Part shown: positions 1 to 13,230 of the stretch, one piece after another
Layout: each line of letters opens with the position of its first letter
Position numbering within the stretch: position 1 is the first letter of the stretch
Source of the DNA: Raillietiella orientalis
Taxonomy: Eukaryota
DNA: 64,000 nt
Direction of reading: 5' to 3'
Assembly (NCBI GenBank): GCA_036172245.1
Contig: JAYWIR010000013.1
Location: forward strand, 1,054,001-1,118,000
The notes under the pieces: model-generated
What the model saw: only the letters and a program-made list of their open reading frames with translations
What the model was told of the DNA's origin: nothing
The model's database searches: none
Program-made: the position numbers and the translations under genes

Positions 1-394
1 CGATGCTGCTGTCCGCAACCTGGCAGGACTCCAATCAATTCGCGGATCGCTCGGCCGCGCGCGACAGGGGTCCTCCCCCGATGCGTGGCGTCTCCCAGGG
101 CACTGGATGAACCAGCCTGAAACCCTCGCGAGTTCCTGCGAGGTTTCAGCCTGCAGACGCTCGGCCTGAGAGTTCTGCCAACAGCTCCCCCTGGACCACC
201 TACCTGTGCGGTTTGGCGAAGGTGTTCGCAATGAGAGGGTGCACTTGTGCGCCCGCCGTTACAGCAGAACACCCGACGTCCGCCACCTTGCAGAATACAG
301 AGCGGGAACCGAGAGACAAGCCTGGAAATCCGGGTCGGTCACCTTGATGGACGACCAGGGCCAGGAGCACTCGGCTCCCGTTCAAGTTTTTCAC

Positions 395-790
395 TCAGTT
401 TTGCCAGGGCCTTTATTATTAACAAATAATAAAAGTACTGCAAAGTGGTCTTTGTGGTGGTGGAACACGTGGTTTTTACCACGTTCGTCCAACTTGCCGA
501 TCACCTGCACGGAGACCAGCGAGGTCCTCTCCGGCAGCGAGGGAAAGGGAAAACCAAAAAATAACAAAAAAGCAAAGAACAAAAAAAGGGTGAAAAGTTT
601 TCAAGGGGGGAAGGGGACCGAGGAAAGGATCACGGTACTCTACGAGACGTCCTCTGTATCCTGTCCAGGATGATGACAAGTTGTGTTCTGATGCTGCCCA
701 GGTGGGGCCATCTTGAGGCGATCTTTAGGAAGATCTGCGCCCAATGGATCGCCTGCCATTTCGGCCTCTCCTTCCTGCGTTCTAGGCTGC
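395..790 (-). mobile_element. 3' end (ORF2 C-terminus plus 3' UTR) of an L1/Tx1-like LINE, truncated
   Basis: Similar to 36345-36740 in the same orientation (atcctgtccaggatgatgacaagtt...cccaggtggggccat vs atcctgtccaggatgctggcaagtt...cccaggtgggaccat) and to the reverse complement of 47330-47680. Shares the T-rich 3' UTR, an imperfect stem-loop (457-482) and an AATAAA near the terminus. Confidence 0.7.
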
Positions 791-989
791 CACGATCCCC
801 GCAAATGAAGCAGAGAACTGCTAGGGACGCAGCTGACGGAAGTTTGGAACGAACGAAGGGACGCTTAAAAATTTCCCTGGGACCGCCATCAGGAATATCT
901 AGGATAGTCGGCCGACGATCCCAGAGGGTTCAGAGGGCGGCATAGTCCAGCAGAAGGTGCGGCAAAGTCTCTTTGTCACTTCACTTTTC

Positions 990-2560
990 ACAACGGGCAT
1001 CCACACTACCTCGTGTCCAATTATGGAGGCGTGCTTTGCATGGCATTCCCCAATGCAACACTAGCAACGCTACCTCTTGCCACTCCCGAGCAGGTAAGGC
1101 ACATAGCTGGAAAGTACTGTTCCTCCTTCTACGCGAGGGCACCTCCTGAGTGCGATTTTTGCAATTCCTGCTCCCGTAAGGTACTCCAGCCACAGGGGAG
1201 GTGCAGAAAAGCCTCGATGAACCTTTCGCTATCGGTGAGATCATCACCGCGATCGGAAAGCTCAAGAAGCGGAAGACGCCAGGGGAAGACGGCCTGCCTG
1301 CAGAGTTTCTCTAATGCTTCGCAGCAGAGCTGAATCCCCTGGTACGGCAATTGACCTTGCTGATTCACGAAATAGGCGACATTCCCTCCTCGTTTCGATC
1401 AGCAGAGGTACATCTCCCTTCTGAAGGAGACTTACGGAGCATCGGAGACTGGCGTCCGATAACCGTCTTGAACTCGGACGCCAGGTTGCTGTCGAAACTG
1501 TGGACCGAGAGTCTAGGACGGATGAGAGAATCCTTCATTAACCCGGAGAATTCTTACGCTGCTCGCGGGCGAATTATGGATGTCAACCTGTTCTATACTA
1601 GCAACTGGTTCGCGTTCCTACAGGAAAGGGACCGGATGGGCAGTTCGAATTCCGGACTGTCCGCCGATCAGGGAAGGGAAGATCGGGCGGGGATGGGAGC
1701 CCTTGTGGTCACAGTCGAGTTGCACAAGGCATTCCACTACTTCGACCAGGACTTCTGGAGTTCCTGGAACGCTTCAGCTTACCGGCCGCATTAATGGCCT
1801 ATCTGCGCTCTAGCTGGCGCGACGCGCTCATCAATGTTCTTTTCAGAGAACACACTGTGCGCGGTGTACCGGTGCAGGCATGAGCCTCCTGCTCTTCAGA
1901 ATTTACTTCGAGCTGGTGCTGAGGGCACACAGATTCTGGCAACCCTGCCGAGTTCTTATCTGGGAACGCCTGCCGTGTCGGCTTATGCTGACGATCTGCT
2001 ACTGCTCCCCATGTTCTCCCCTGAGTCCGCGCTCGAGGGCTTCTTCGAGTTGTTAAGCCGCGGGGCAGGCCTCTGGGTGAAAAGGGAGAAGTCGGTGGTG
2101 GCGGTCGGTGCGGAAAGGGCCAGACGGCCTCACTGGATCCTCTTGGGGATCCCCACGGGAGGGTTACTTCCAGTACCTTGGCGTTCCGTTGGGGGACTTC
2201 TGCGCCACAGAAACCTGGTCCGACTGTCTCCAGAAGACAGAGCAGGCGCTCGTTCCATTCCGAGGAGGCAGATTACACTTGCCGGAACGGGCCGCGGTGA
2301 GGAACACCTTCTTACTCCCCCCCTTCGCCTCTTGCGTTCACCATACGGGCCGCTTTCCTCGCGCACGCGCTGACTTTCCTAGGTGCCCTGCCCGCGTCGC
2401 CGGACCGCGAACCGGCGAAGGAGTGCCGCGCCTGGACGGCGTCTGGCGGCAGAGTGGGGAAGCTGCGAAGCGAAGCGGCACTCGGGGGGGGGGGGGGACT
2501 CGTAAAGTCACTCAGACCCGCGTTCACTGGGGTGGGGTGGTGGGAAGGAAGGGAGAAGTT
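990..2560 (+). mobile_element. L1/Tx1-like non-LTR retrotransposon ORF2 reverse transcriptase remnant (stops and frameshifts)
   Basis: Motifs in the expected order: EIITAIGKLKKRKTPGEDGLPAEF (~1237-1309), GDWRPITVLNSDARLLSKL, VELHKAFHYF (LDxxKAFD-like), SAYADDLLL (~1978-2004), GLWVKREKS, FQYLGVPL, LHLPERAAVRNTFLL, then a GG-rich P..GG motif. These are typical of L1/Tx1 RT and thumb regions. Confidence 0.9.
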
Positions 2561-2879
2561 CTCGCGAAGCGGCCTAGAGTGGCTGGCGGAACGCAGGCGA
2601 GCCTCAGAGCACTGGCGGACATGGGAGGTCGTCTCAGTGGCAGCACCCCGTCTCCTGCCCGGTCGCGAAAAGCAGGGGTGGCTGCCCGGGGTGCGGGTAG
2701 GATTCGCAGTGACGAAGAGTTGGAGCGGGTGCTGCGGGCCGCCCCGAAGCGGCGCAAGGTGGCACTGCCGCGAGTCCGGCGAGTCTCCCCGCCAACGAAA
2801 GCGGCACCACCGATCGCGGTCTGCGGGGCTCTCTTTCCGCGCGCGACTCTGACCCGACCGAGGGCCACCGCCGCTGTCC

Positions 2880-3340
2880 CTTGAGACGTGAGGGGTGGTA
2901 ATCCTCAGAGCCGCGCCTTCCTGGTCGTCCGCCTCCTGGAGGCCATCAGATCATCGAAGAGCACCTTCCTCTGGCTCATGCAGAGGGGATCCAGGGAGTG
3001 GTCAAGGGACGAAGGAAGGTTCTTCTTCGGGAAGGTTGGTGGATGCGCAAGACTTCGCGCCCGTGCTGTGGAATTGGCCACGATCATCAGCCGGTGGTCT
3101 GCCGCTTACCCGCTGGCTACATCCTCGATGACGTCCGGGATCGTTGGACATCGGGCACGAGGTGCCGGGTTTGAGGCTCGGCATTGACCTCGCGCCCGAA
3201 TCTCCCCCGCCGAGCTCCATGTCCCTACTAAGGGGCAGATGGACCTCGTGCATGTGGATGGAGCGAGGCCAGTTCGGATCTCGTCAGCGAGCGTCGTCCA
3301 AGAAGACGATCCTCCGGATGAGGACCCTCAAAGAATGAGG
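2880..3340 (-). mobile_element. Possible LINE ORF2 post-RT fragment
   Basis: Minus-strand translation LIRRIVFL...HEVHLPLSRDMELGG resembles the post-thumb L..P...GG region of L1/Tx1 ORF2. Weak and degenerate. Confidence 0.3.
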
Positions 3341-5039
3341 TGAGTCGAGAGTGATGGAGGGTGCGTGGGTCTCCCACTCGTGCATCTGCGTCGTTTCTCA
3401 GAGGGGGATCGTTGCTAGGTGTCGATCGCCCTCGCCGCTGCCTCCCATTGAAGTCCGCAGGTCGACAGAAGACTTGCTGGCTGTCTTGCGGCGTGCTTCC
3501 TAGGAGGGGAGCTGAAAAGCTTCATTTTGGGGTGGCCCCTTGCAAGTGAGGACCCTAGCCGCGCCCTCGAAACTGCGGCCGTGAGATTCGGCATCCCCCG
3601 ACGTGCTCCCGGAATCTCCTCGTACGGAAGGAACGACTCGGTTGCAGCCGAAAGTCCAAGAGTGGGCGGGGTCGTTGCGGACGAGAGCTCCCACCCCTGC
3701 GAGGGAAGGAACCATCCTTTCCCTGCGGTTGCGTTAGTCGTTTCCGGGGAGACCAATAGAGCTCAAGCGGAATCATCCGCGAGGACGCAAAGAGTGGAGG
3801 CGGGAGAGACGGAAGGGAGCGCGTATGAGCGTCTGGCCGCTGCTCCTCTTTGCCACCATGTTGCTTGTAGAGTAAAAGGCAGGAGGAGTTGCTGCCGCCG
3901 CGCCGGGTCACTGCCACTGCATCACAGGCGTCGTCTCCCGGAGACGACGTGGCGCCGCCGCTCGGAACTCCGGACAACCTCTTCCGTCTGTTGTTCATCC
4001 CCTCCCTATCTCCCTTCCCAGAGCAGAGTTGGGTTCACCTACGAATAGAGTGATTAGGAAGAGGGGAGAAACCAGGAGAAAGGCGGTGTCTGCAGGCGGC
4101 TGGAGCCCAACGTGAGCGAGTGGCCACCGCCTCCATGGAGGCGACTCGGGAAGTGAGGCGTTCCAGGCAGCAAACGAACTGCCGACCTTCCCACCCTCCT
4201 CCCCTCGAGCTCCCCACGCTGTCGCCAGAGTGCTAGAGGGGGGCAATTGATGCAGCGGAAGAGGTGAGAAAGGAGGAATCACTGCTAACGGAGGCGCCTG
4301 CGGTCGCCGCCGCCTCCAAGAGGTCTCCAGGCGGAAGTTTCCCTCGGTTTGGTTTGCAAGTAGCCCGAAGGCTGCAAGCTCGGGGTGCTTTGGTCCGGGG
4401 GAATTCGCTGCCAGTTTCCGTACGAGTCTGAGACACCCAGCTTTCGGTCTGTGGAGGAGGACGCGGCACCGAATGGGAAACCGAATATTCGTCCCTGCTG
4501 TGGTCGTGAGGTCGCGAGCTGCCTCTGTGGAGGGTAACACCTCCCTCTGTCCTCCTCACCCCTTCTTGCTTCCCTCCAGGCCGCGTTCTTTTCCCCCTCT
4601 CTCTCCCGTCTACCATCGTGTCTCTGCTTTCCAGAAGCAGCCACAAGGTCATTTCAGAAGTTCCGTTTGCTAAGAGGGATCAGCAGCCGGTTTTCTGAGT
4701 ACCAAACCTCTGTGAGGAGCATCCTCTCCCTTTCCTTTTTCCTCCTACTCCTCCCTTCCTCCTCCTTTCCTCTTCGACGATCACCAGCTTCCTGAGGTGG
4801 TGGCGCTGATGGCGGTTGATGAACGGTTGGTGATGGTGGTCGCTGGCAATGATGATGAAGAACAACGGCGGCTAGAAGTGGCAATGATCGCCATTGTTGG
4901 CGGTGGTCGTTGAAGATAACGGCGTGACACAACCGCCAACAATGGGTGGTGATTGATCGTCGACGGTTGTTCTTGCCGTTGCTGCTGGTGGTAGTGACAG
5001 TGGTTGACGGCGACGGCGATGGTGAGGAGAATGAGAAGA

Positions 5040-6900
5040 AGCAAGAAAAGAGGAAGAGGAGGAGGAAGGGAGGGACACAGGAGGAAACCGCAGAAGGAAC
5101 TGGCCACGAGGTGGTTCCGTGGACCCTCCGGCCCCCGGTGTCCGTTTCTCCCGACCGACCCACGCATCAACTTCCCTGCGCCGGTCTCGTCTGCCCTTTT
5201 TTCCGCCTTTGATCTGGCTCGACACGGAACGCCATCCAGCACGGGCACGGGCCCAGCCCCACGTCTCCCACTCCGCCCCTCCGTCTCTGGAAACTTCCGC
5301 CCGTGCAGGCGGTCCACCCGTGCACGCCCCCCGTGGATGAGCCGCTCGAGACACTATAGGGCTGAGGCCATGCGGGGGTGTCGCAGCAGAGTCGGGGAGA
5401 CCCGCGTCTGCGAGAGAGGAGCGAAAAGATGGGGAGCGCCCGCGACTGCGCTACAGGTGGCAGATGTTGGGGCGGGGTCGAAGTGGACTCTTTTTGCGCA
5501 GGCTCCTCCGCCAGCACGAAAATGCCCGCAGGGTGTAGTGACTGCACGAGGGACATGAGTGAATTAGCTCGATCTGCGCCGCACTTTCCCTCTCGATTCA
5601 GTCGGGACCACGGTTGCCTTTTCGCAGCCTTGGCCAAGCCATTCCTTCATCTGAGCATGCAGTTGGGGAGAGTGGCTTTTGCACGGCGCCTCTGGCTACG
5701 AGGCGGGGAAGCTCATGACCCCCCGCCATGCGCGTAGCGAGACCCTTCCCGAATCCCTCTGTTAGTTCTCTGACACTTCCGCGAGCGGACAGGGACGAGA
5801 GAGAAAGATGGCAGCGCGTAGTCTCGACCGACAAGTGGCGCCACCGCCTGCTTCTCATCAGAAGGGACCCTCCGGCCTCTTCTAAACGGCCCGGTGGGGA
5901 GGGGAGGGGTGACCAAGACGCGGCGGAGATGGATGGATGGCCACCGCTGCTGACCGAGATGGGCATCTGCGCGCAGCGTGGCCCGGGCGCGCTGCTGCCG
6001 GCGGAAGCATCTCGAAGCGCGGCGAGCAAACTCCTGCCGCGTGCGCCATCTCTGCGGAAATGGACGGGTTGTTCTTCGAAAGGCGTCGAAGGAACGCGCC
6101 CAGACTGCACGCTCGCGCGCACGTGTCTACGCATTCCGCGCCCTTTTTGGAAGATTCGTGATTGCCGGGGCACAGAGCGTCGCGCGCGCATCCCCGGCAG
6201 CAGCAGCGATGGGCGACTTCCCCGCGCGGTTGTCCGTTCTCGTGGGCGTGTGGGACGGCGAGGGACTCCGGCGAGGTCGCTTCCGGGAAGAGAAGAACCG
6301 TCCGGAGATCGAGCGGGCGAACTTGGTGCTGGAAGGAAGGCACAGGCAGGAAAGAAGGTTGGGTGAGAGGCGAGCTCTGATCCCATTTAGAAAGACGCTG
6401 CCTGACTAGCAGCAGGGCTCGCTTCCCTGCTCGCCCCTCTCCTCCGCCGGAAGGGAGCCGGAGGGGACAAACGCGAGTGCGTGGGAGGTCTCTGCTGGGG
6501 CGCCCCTCGAGCCCCTTGGGGTGTCGCACTAAGAGGGATCCACTTTCACTTTCGCTCCCGGAATGCAGCGGCTGTTTTTTTCCAAGGTGATGCTCGCAGA
6601 AGACTGGACGAGACGATCCCATCTTCACCACTACCTGCTCTTTCTGCCAGCTCCCTACGAGTCTTCCTCGCATCCAGCGGCGGAGCGTTCCCTCGTGCAG
6701 GACCAGGGGATAGAAAGAGCTCGGAGTGCACGCAGTGGTACAGCTTCTGAAGGGGTCTCCTGCGCCCGTGCTGGCGCAAGCGTTCGTTGCTTTCAAGGCT
6801 ACCTGATGCCGCGCCTCGATAAAAGATCTCGCCATAAATAAACTTTTCGTAGTTCCTTGAAGACGGAGGGAGAGAGAGATGCTGCTGGCGCGACTTCGGA
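5040..6900 (-). mobile_element. Gypsy LTR retrotransposon remnant: integrase, polypurine tract and start of 3' LTR
   Basis: Minus strand, in order: LVLHEGTLRRW...QVVV...HHLG...HSG (zinc-binding N-terminus), GNHES (QGxNFES-like), PLVGRDYALP (P..L.FGRE..LP) and KRVHFD (~5478-5495, C-terminal VHxDRL). A purine-rich tract at 5271-5290 is followed immediately by TG at 5270-5269, the expected PPT/LTR junction. Confidence 0.65.
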
Positions 6901-7599
6901 TGCTTTCGTGGAGAGAAGATGGATCGAAGCGCGGAGAAGAACCCAACGGCGGCGATGGAAGAGAACCGGAGGGGGAGGGGGGAAGGGGAGGGAAGCAACG
7001 ATTGCGTAAACGCGCGCGATTGCTGAGGACACGACGAGTTTGGGGACGAAGGGGCGGTGTCCCCTCTTTTCGAATCTCCTCCTCAACATTGCAGGCACGG
7101 GACCCCTTCAGAAGGAAGGAGCTCTGCAGAACCGCCCTCGTGGCTGACGCCGGAAGCGGGTCGAGAAGGAACGCCTCCATCGGGAGGATCGGAGAATGTG
7201 GGGAGGGAGTAGGCGGACGAGATTCCTCGGAAGAGACACGGGAGAGGAGGGGGGGGGCAAAGGGGGGATGGACGCGCTGCGCGTTTCGTCATGAGCGCGC
7301 GCAAGCAACGTCAGCCCCGCCGTTGCCGCGTTCCGACGGTCGGCGGCTCCACGCACTGCCAGCCTCTCCCGGAACGCGGATTTGCGCGCAGCCACGAGGA
7401 AAAAAGGGGAAAAGAGGGAGAGAAGGAGGGAACATGCGGGGCGCTTGGCTTCTGAGGACCGGCTCAAGTGCCGATAGACCCAGCAGGGCAGGTGCGCTTG
7501 GAGGCGTCCTCTTCCTTTGGCGCTGCGGAGCTCCGAGCAGCCCTCCAGAAGGTAGATGGGCTCTGACTAGATGGGGAGGGCGGTGGAGGTCTCCCCAGC

Positions 7600-8100
7600 A
7601 TGACTGCCCTCTCTCCCTCGTCTTCCGGATAGAGGCTGAGGTTCCCTTTGGCGGGTACTACCGAGCAACACCGCGATTGATTTGGAGAGCGCCGTCTCTT
7701 CGTCGAAATCATCCTCGGCTTTCAGTGCTCACGCTCCCAGTGAACCCACGGAGGACATCCCTATTGGCACCCTTCTGATAGAGGAACAGAGAGTCGGATC
7801 CTCGATGTTTTCCTTCCCTGACCCTTCTGCTGAGGTCTTGGTGGGGCAGATGACGTCTGGCCCGAGGACGTGCCCTTCACCCTGGAACACCAGGGGTTGC
7901 TCCCCAGCGTTTCCTTGAAATCCCAAACGGCCCGTCGTATCATTCGCCGACTGGACCAATCGTGCTGATGCAGCCGCTGAAGACGACCCTTCCCACCCGC
8001 TGAGCCTCATCGGGAGAAGAATTCTTCCGGAACCCCTTCCCCCCCTGGCACCATCCCTGGCACCCTTCCCTGGAATGAAGAACGGCCGGGCGTGGGGCAT
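7600..8100 (-). mobile_element. Highly degenerate non-LTR RT fragment
   Basis: Motif remnants in RT order on the minus strand across frames: FFIPGK (GFxPGR), WDFKET..W (LDFxKAFD), RRVP/Q*GCP (GVxQGCP), KAEDD (YADD). Confidence 0.4.
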
Positions 8101-10899
8101 TGCCTAAGGCAGAGCGAGGCCTTCCCTCGGTCATCATGACCTCCTGAAAGTGAAAGCCGCACTTCCCCGCTCTGGCGAGCGCGCACAGGCTGGAGGTGAT
8201 TTATCTCTGGGACGATTTCCGAGTGGGCGCCAGCCGGTCAGTAAGAGCCCCTTGATCTTTACGTCGGGCGAACGTACCAGCGTGGATTTTTCGGGAGGCT
8301 GGCGGTCGACTTCTGGTTCTTCCGGCCGGCGGGTGCGCTGGTGCGAATCGCGCGGTCTTCTCCCTTCGGAGCAAGGATGGATGAGTAAGCCTCGTGCTCT
8401 TAGAGGTCAATCCCAACGACGGGTCGGGAACGAAGCGGCTGCTGCGGCCGTAGGCGCAAACTTTTACAGCGCAACCGTCGCGCCACCTCTCTCCCACGTG
8501 AGAAGGCGAGAAAAAAGAGGGAGGGAGGGGGGCGCGAGAAATGGAGCGCGCGAATCGGAAGGTTCTCGAGCAAGCCGGGAGGTGGCGGCGGCGGCAGAGG
8601 AAGCTGCAGCGAGAGGGAAGAATTAAGGTACACCTCTGAAAGACGACGGCGTCTCGGCGGGTCCCCGAGCGAGTCGGTGCGGACCACGCCGGAGGATGCG
8701 CGCCGCCGCCAGATCGGAATGCGAAACGGCACCGTGGTCTCCTCGTGGCCGCAAGCAGGGGCCGCACCCGAGTGCAAGGCCGGACCCTCGGACGGCACCG
8801 GGCCAGCGCGGGTGCGCATCGACCGAACCACTGCGCACGCCGTCGCCGCGTCACGCTTGTGGCGTGACGTTTGCCGCCGCTTGTTGGCTCTCGTCCTGCG
8901 ACGCGCGCGTGCGCATTTCCAAGAGCTGACGAGCTGCTCGCTAGCGTCACTTCCTGGACGTTAAGAGTGGACAGGATCTCTAAAGCAGGGAACACCTTCG
9001 CTTCCGAAATTACGGGTTTGAGCAGGAAGCGCGCCCTGCGTTTCAGGAAATGCGACGCAATTTAGGGAGAAGCGCGCGAAGTGGGTAATTAAACGGTAAT
9101 TATCCCGCGTAACGCTGCCCTACGCAGCAATGCACTCAGCGTGGCGTGTAGAAAACGGGATACTCGCTTGGAAGAGGTGGGTTCGAAACGCACTACAGAC
9201 GGACACGACCTTGCCTGCGACGGGACCAGCCTTTGCAGCCTTGGATCCCCTTGTCTGCACGGGCACCATCACGTGCAGCAAGATGGCGAGGCATCCCCGA
9301 ACGCCCCCATTCGTCATTTCCTCCGCTCTCTCCATCTCTCCGCGGAATTCCAATCCGTCCTCATCAACTGAACGTCTGGCAGGTCACCCATCCTGGCAGC
9401 CAGTGCGATAGAGTGCTTTTTAGAAATGGACGGGATGCTTGGAGCTGGCTGACCTGGCATGGCAGCACTCCGCGGTCGGGACAGCACCATTCCCGCGGGG
9501 GAAGCACCGCGCGAATGCCAGGTGAAATTGAGTGCTGCTGCCCCACCGGCGAGTGGACAAACAAGCGGAAGGAGGAAATCGCAAGCACCGGTGATCCAGG
9601 GCAGCGCCACCCAGCGCCATCCCCCCGTGATAACGCGCTGCCAGCAAAGTTTTGGGAAGAAATGTAAGGCTGCATAATGTAAGGCACCGTTACGAAATTC
9701 GTGCCGAATCTCAGGGATCATCAAGTAGGTTGTTCTGTGGAAACTGCCCCCAGTTTTTTTTTTTTTTTTTACTCTCCCTCGGCGATCTGCTGGAAGCAGG
9801 GTCGAATTCCTCTGTCGAGGAACGGAGGAGGTCGCTATTTCTCCAGCCCACTCCTGAGCGCTGGGTTGTCGAAACTCCGGCCCAGATGAGGTGGCATCCG
9901 ACGTCGTTTTCCCCACGAAGGACAGGACTCGGCACGGAGTTGGCCCCCATTCCGGTGGCAGGAAAATAGTCCAGCTGCGGCTCATAAAAAATCCAGGAAG
10001 CCGCCATGAGCTTCGCAAACAACAGTCGGTTGTTGTGGCAACCCGACCGCGAGCTCTCCAAGACTAAGTTTCGTAAGTGATTTTGAAAAAAGAAAGAAAG
10101 AAAGGAAAAAAAAACTTGTCATCCTTGAAGCTGAAATTTCGAAAACTTGAATTTGGAACTTGAAAAAATGAATGAATGAATGCATTTCTATATATATATG
10201 TATGTATGAAATCGGAATATGAAAAAATCCCTTCTTTTCGCCGACGCGCCAACAGTCGCAAGTGGCTTTGGAGAATTCCGCTTCCCGCCTTCCAAGGTGG
10301 AAAAACACCCGGCTGGATAACGCAAAGCTGGATTAGGGGACCAGAAAGCAGGAGAAAGTCGTAAAGCCCGTATTTCTGGACAGTTCCGGAGGGATTTGCT
10401 CTCTCGCTGAGCCGTTAAGTAATTTAAGTAGGAGCAAGACTCGCAGGCAGGAATGCAGGGGTCGCACGCTTTGATTGAGTGGCTCCAGGCACACTCCGCG
10501 GACGAGCACCGCCGCGCGCAATCGCGGACGGCGCCATTTCGGGCCCGACATCGTGCGCTTCCAACCGGCCGCAGCACCATCCCGCCGGCGGGCCGGGGAC
10601 CTACCACGGGACCAGAAAAAGTCGCCACGTTGCCTCGGAGGGAATGCGGCAGCCTCGGGGGAACAGAGCCAGCCCTTCCGCGCGTGCTTTCGGAACGCGA
10701 TGCGGATCCTGGCAGGGATGGGAGCACGCTGAGACACCCCAGCAAGCGCCCCCGGGGATCAACCTCTCCCCTTGCACCCTCCCTGGCGCCCTTCCGCCGC
10801 ATGACCGCAGAGTCGGGAGACCGCGAGCGGGACCCTCAATCTTGAGCGAGGCCTCCAACCCGAGGGGCCGTCCGCAGGCAGTCACCGCCCTAGTCGCTC

Positions 10900-13230
10900 C
10901 AGTCGCGATGCGGACTGCAAGGCACCCTCAGGACTACTCGGTGGTCAGACCGACCAGTCCCTCCCCTCACTCACGGTCCCAGCACGACTGGTCCTACGGA
11001 ATCATCTTCGCCGCCACCCACCGCGCCCCTGATGCATCCACACCCCTTTGGTTGCGGGGCCCTCCGACGTCGAAGTCTTCCCGCAGCCTCCTCCCTGTAG
11101 ACTACGTTCCAGCCTCTCACCCGAAGCTTCTTCAGCCGGGGGAGGAGGGAGCACTCGGAAGGGAGGGAACAGCCGAGGCAGCGACAGTCGAGCACCATGA
11201 CCCCAGCTCCGACGCCCAGGCGGACCGCCCCCCGGCGACTCGATGCACCTCGAAGGTAGAGTCGCCAGCTGGTCACTCCGGGTCGTCCCGAGCGGGGTCC
11301 AGCGGATGCTTCAGATGCATCCGGCCTGATCGGATGATGCCGTGGCATTTGCCCTCGAGTCACCGGCGTGGATCCGAGATCTCGAAGCGTCAGGCCAGCC
11401 ACCACGCGTTCACGCGGCGCGCGTGCGCCGACGTCGTTTCCCCTTCCCCTTCCCCAAAGCGCATCTGTAGATGCCGACTCCCTCTTCGTTCTTCCAAGCC
11501 GGCCCGATCGCTTCCGGGGCTCCCTAGAAACGACGTCTCGCGTCCAGAATGACGGCCCCGTGTCTCCTTGGCAGCGGCAGGCGATCAGGGGTCGACACCT
11601 GTCGCCGTCCGTCGGAAGGCGACTCCCCATCCTCCGATGGGTCGCCTCCGTAGCGCGGCCGGCCGGCAGCCGTGACACGAGAATGCTTCCACGGTCTCGG
11701 GTGGGCGGCGGCGCCTTGCCCCGCTCGAGCTTCACCGTGTCTTCCGGCCGCCCCTCTTGCGGCCAGCAGCAGGCCAGCGGCCGATCCGCGGGTTCTCGAT
11801 CTAGGGGAGGGGATTATAGGGGGCGCGTCCGGAAAGCAGGGTGTGGCCGAGGGGCTGCCATGCCCGTGGAAACCCCTCGGACTGGGTTCTTCCGGATAGA
11901 GGTTTCTCGCGCGCCCCTGAGCAGGATCGCGGCGCCCATGCTCGTCCCCTGATCTCCCTACTTGCAGTAGTCCTTACATCCGGTCCCGGACCTCGCGACC
12001 TGCTAATGACGGCAGTGACGATGACGTGGGTCTCCGTATGGGCACGGGTGGGAAGAGAGGAGGAGGCAGGGGATGACCTGCCCTGCCCGTCAGTGCCCTG
12101 TGGCTCGCCCGCGTTCCTCCGGGCCTCCTCTCGAGGAAGGGCGGCCGGTGTTGCGAACGGTCAAGTTCTCCCTCTTTCTACCTGGGGCAACACCGCAGGT
12201 GCTCGCGGGGAGTCGCGGGGCGGGACAGCTGGCGCGTTCGCGAAGGGGTCGGTGACGCCCCGCCGAGAGATCTGGGGTAGACTGGAAGCATCCTCCCCTG
12301 GAGTCCCTGCAGCACCCTCAGTCGGGGTTTTGCCTGCACAGAGGAGCAGAGGGAACCTCGGCTGGATACCCGTCCTTCGGCCTCTCCGTCCGCTCCGGGA
12401 TGATCTTGCACATTTTCCTGCTTCTTGCCCCCCCCCCCTTTTTTTTCTTATGGCGCGCGCAGTCTCCTGTCTCCCCCTTCGAATGGAGGGGGAGGAGTCT
12501 GGAATTTCCTTCCTGGCCACGTCTCGTGAGGATCCCCGAAATGGACGGGCTGGGAGACGCCCGCAGCGGGTCGGGTCAGAGGTTAGCCTGAGAGGGAAGG
12601 CGCTCGAGGAGCGCCTCTCGTCACCCGAGGGTGCGTGAAACACGGGCGACCCCCAAGGGGGCCACCGGGACGGATGCAGCCCTCTGCTCCCTGAATCGCG
12701 GGAGGGCATCCCATCTCCTCGGTTGCCCCCGAAGGGAACCCTGGGAGGACCTCCCTCCCCTCTTTTTTTCTCTCCCCGGAGGACCCTGCTCTTTCCTTCT
12801 CTGGAGGGGGGACCCTTGGGAAACGGTCCGCTCCTTGTTGACCCTCTGAGGGGCGCCTCCCCGAAGGGAGCAGCGCGCGCTTACGGAGAGGCAACCCCCG
12901 AGGGGGTCACCGACCAGCTCCGTGGTGTGCGGCGGGGGGTTGGCCCCACTTGCACAACTGGAGAGGAACTGGCGCTCCCGGAAGGAGGACCCGGAGGGTA
13001 CGATTCGAATGCAGGGCGGTCAACGCCCGGGGCATCCGGTCTCCGGCTCGCGAGAGCGTTCCTCCAGCTCCCGCCCGAGGCCCACCCGCGCCATCCTGTG
13101 GGGAAGAAGGAAACCTCCCGGCGGTCCTCTCCCCCTATTCCCGGAATTGATCCTTCCCCAGGGTGGGTGCAGAGCCCTCTCTGCAGAGCGGACGCCCGCG
13201 CCACTGCGCCCGCTGTCCAACAGCGTCCCT
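10900..13230 (-). mobile_element. tRNA-headed LINE family, copy G (GC-shifted): leader ~13230-12480, then degenerate APE endonuclease/linker
   Basis: The body matches the other copies (cctctgaggggcgcctccccgaagggagcagcgcgc; ggggcatccggt; gtcacccgagggtgcgtg), but the head is barely recognisable. Downstream on the same strand: ENLTVRNTGRP (~12170-12139, IxNxYxP-like), HVIVTAVIS (~12028-12002, IxxGDxN-like) and AWW (~11400, PWW-like). Confidence 0.55.

Noticed and set aside
100..390. Possible LINE ORF1 fragment and a small hairpin at 117-149
   Set aside because: Only a vague resemblance (LP...RFGE), with no diagnostic zinc knuckle visible.
5460..5560. RING-finger-like VTTPCGH on the minus strand
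   Set aside because: The other RING ligands need frameshifts, copy 2 has a stop at this position, and the region is better explained as the Gypsy integrase C-terminus (KRVHFD) before a PPT.
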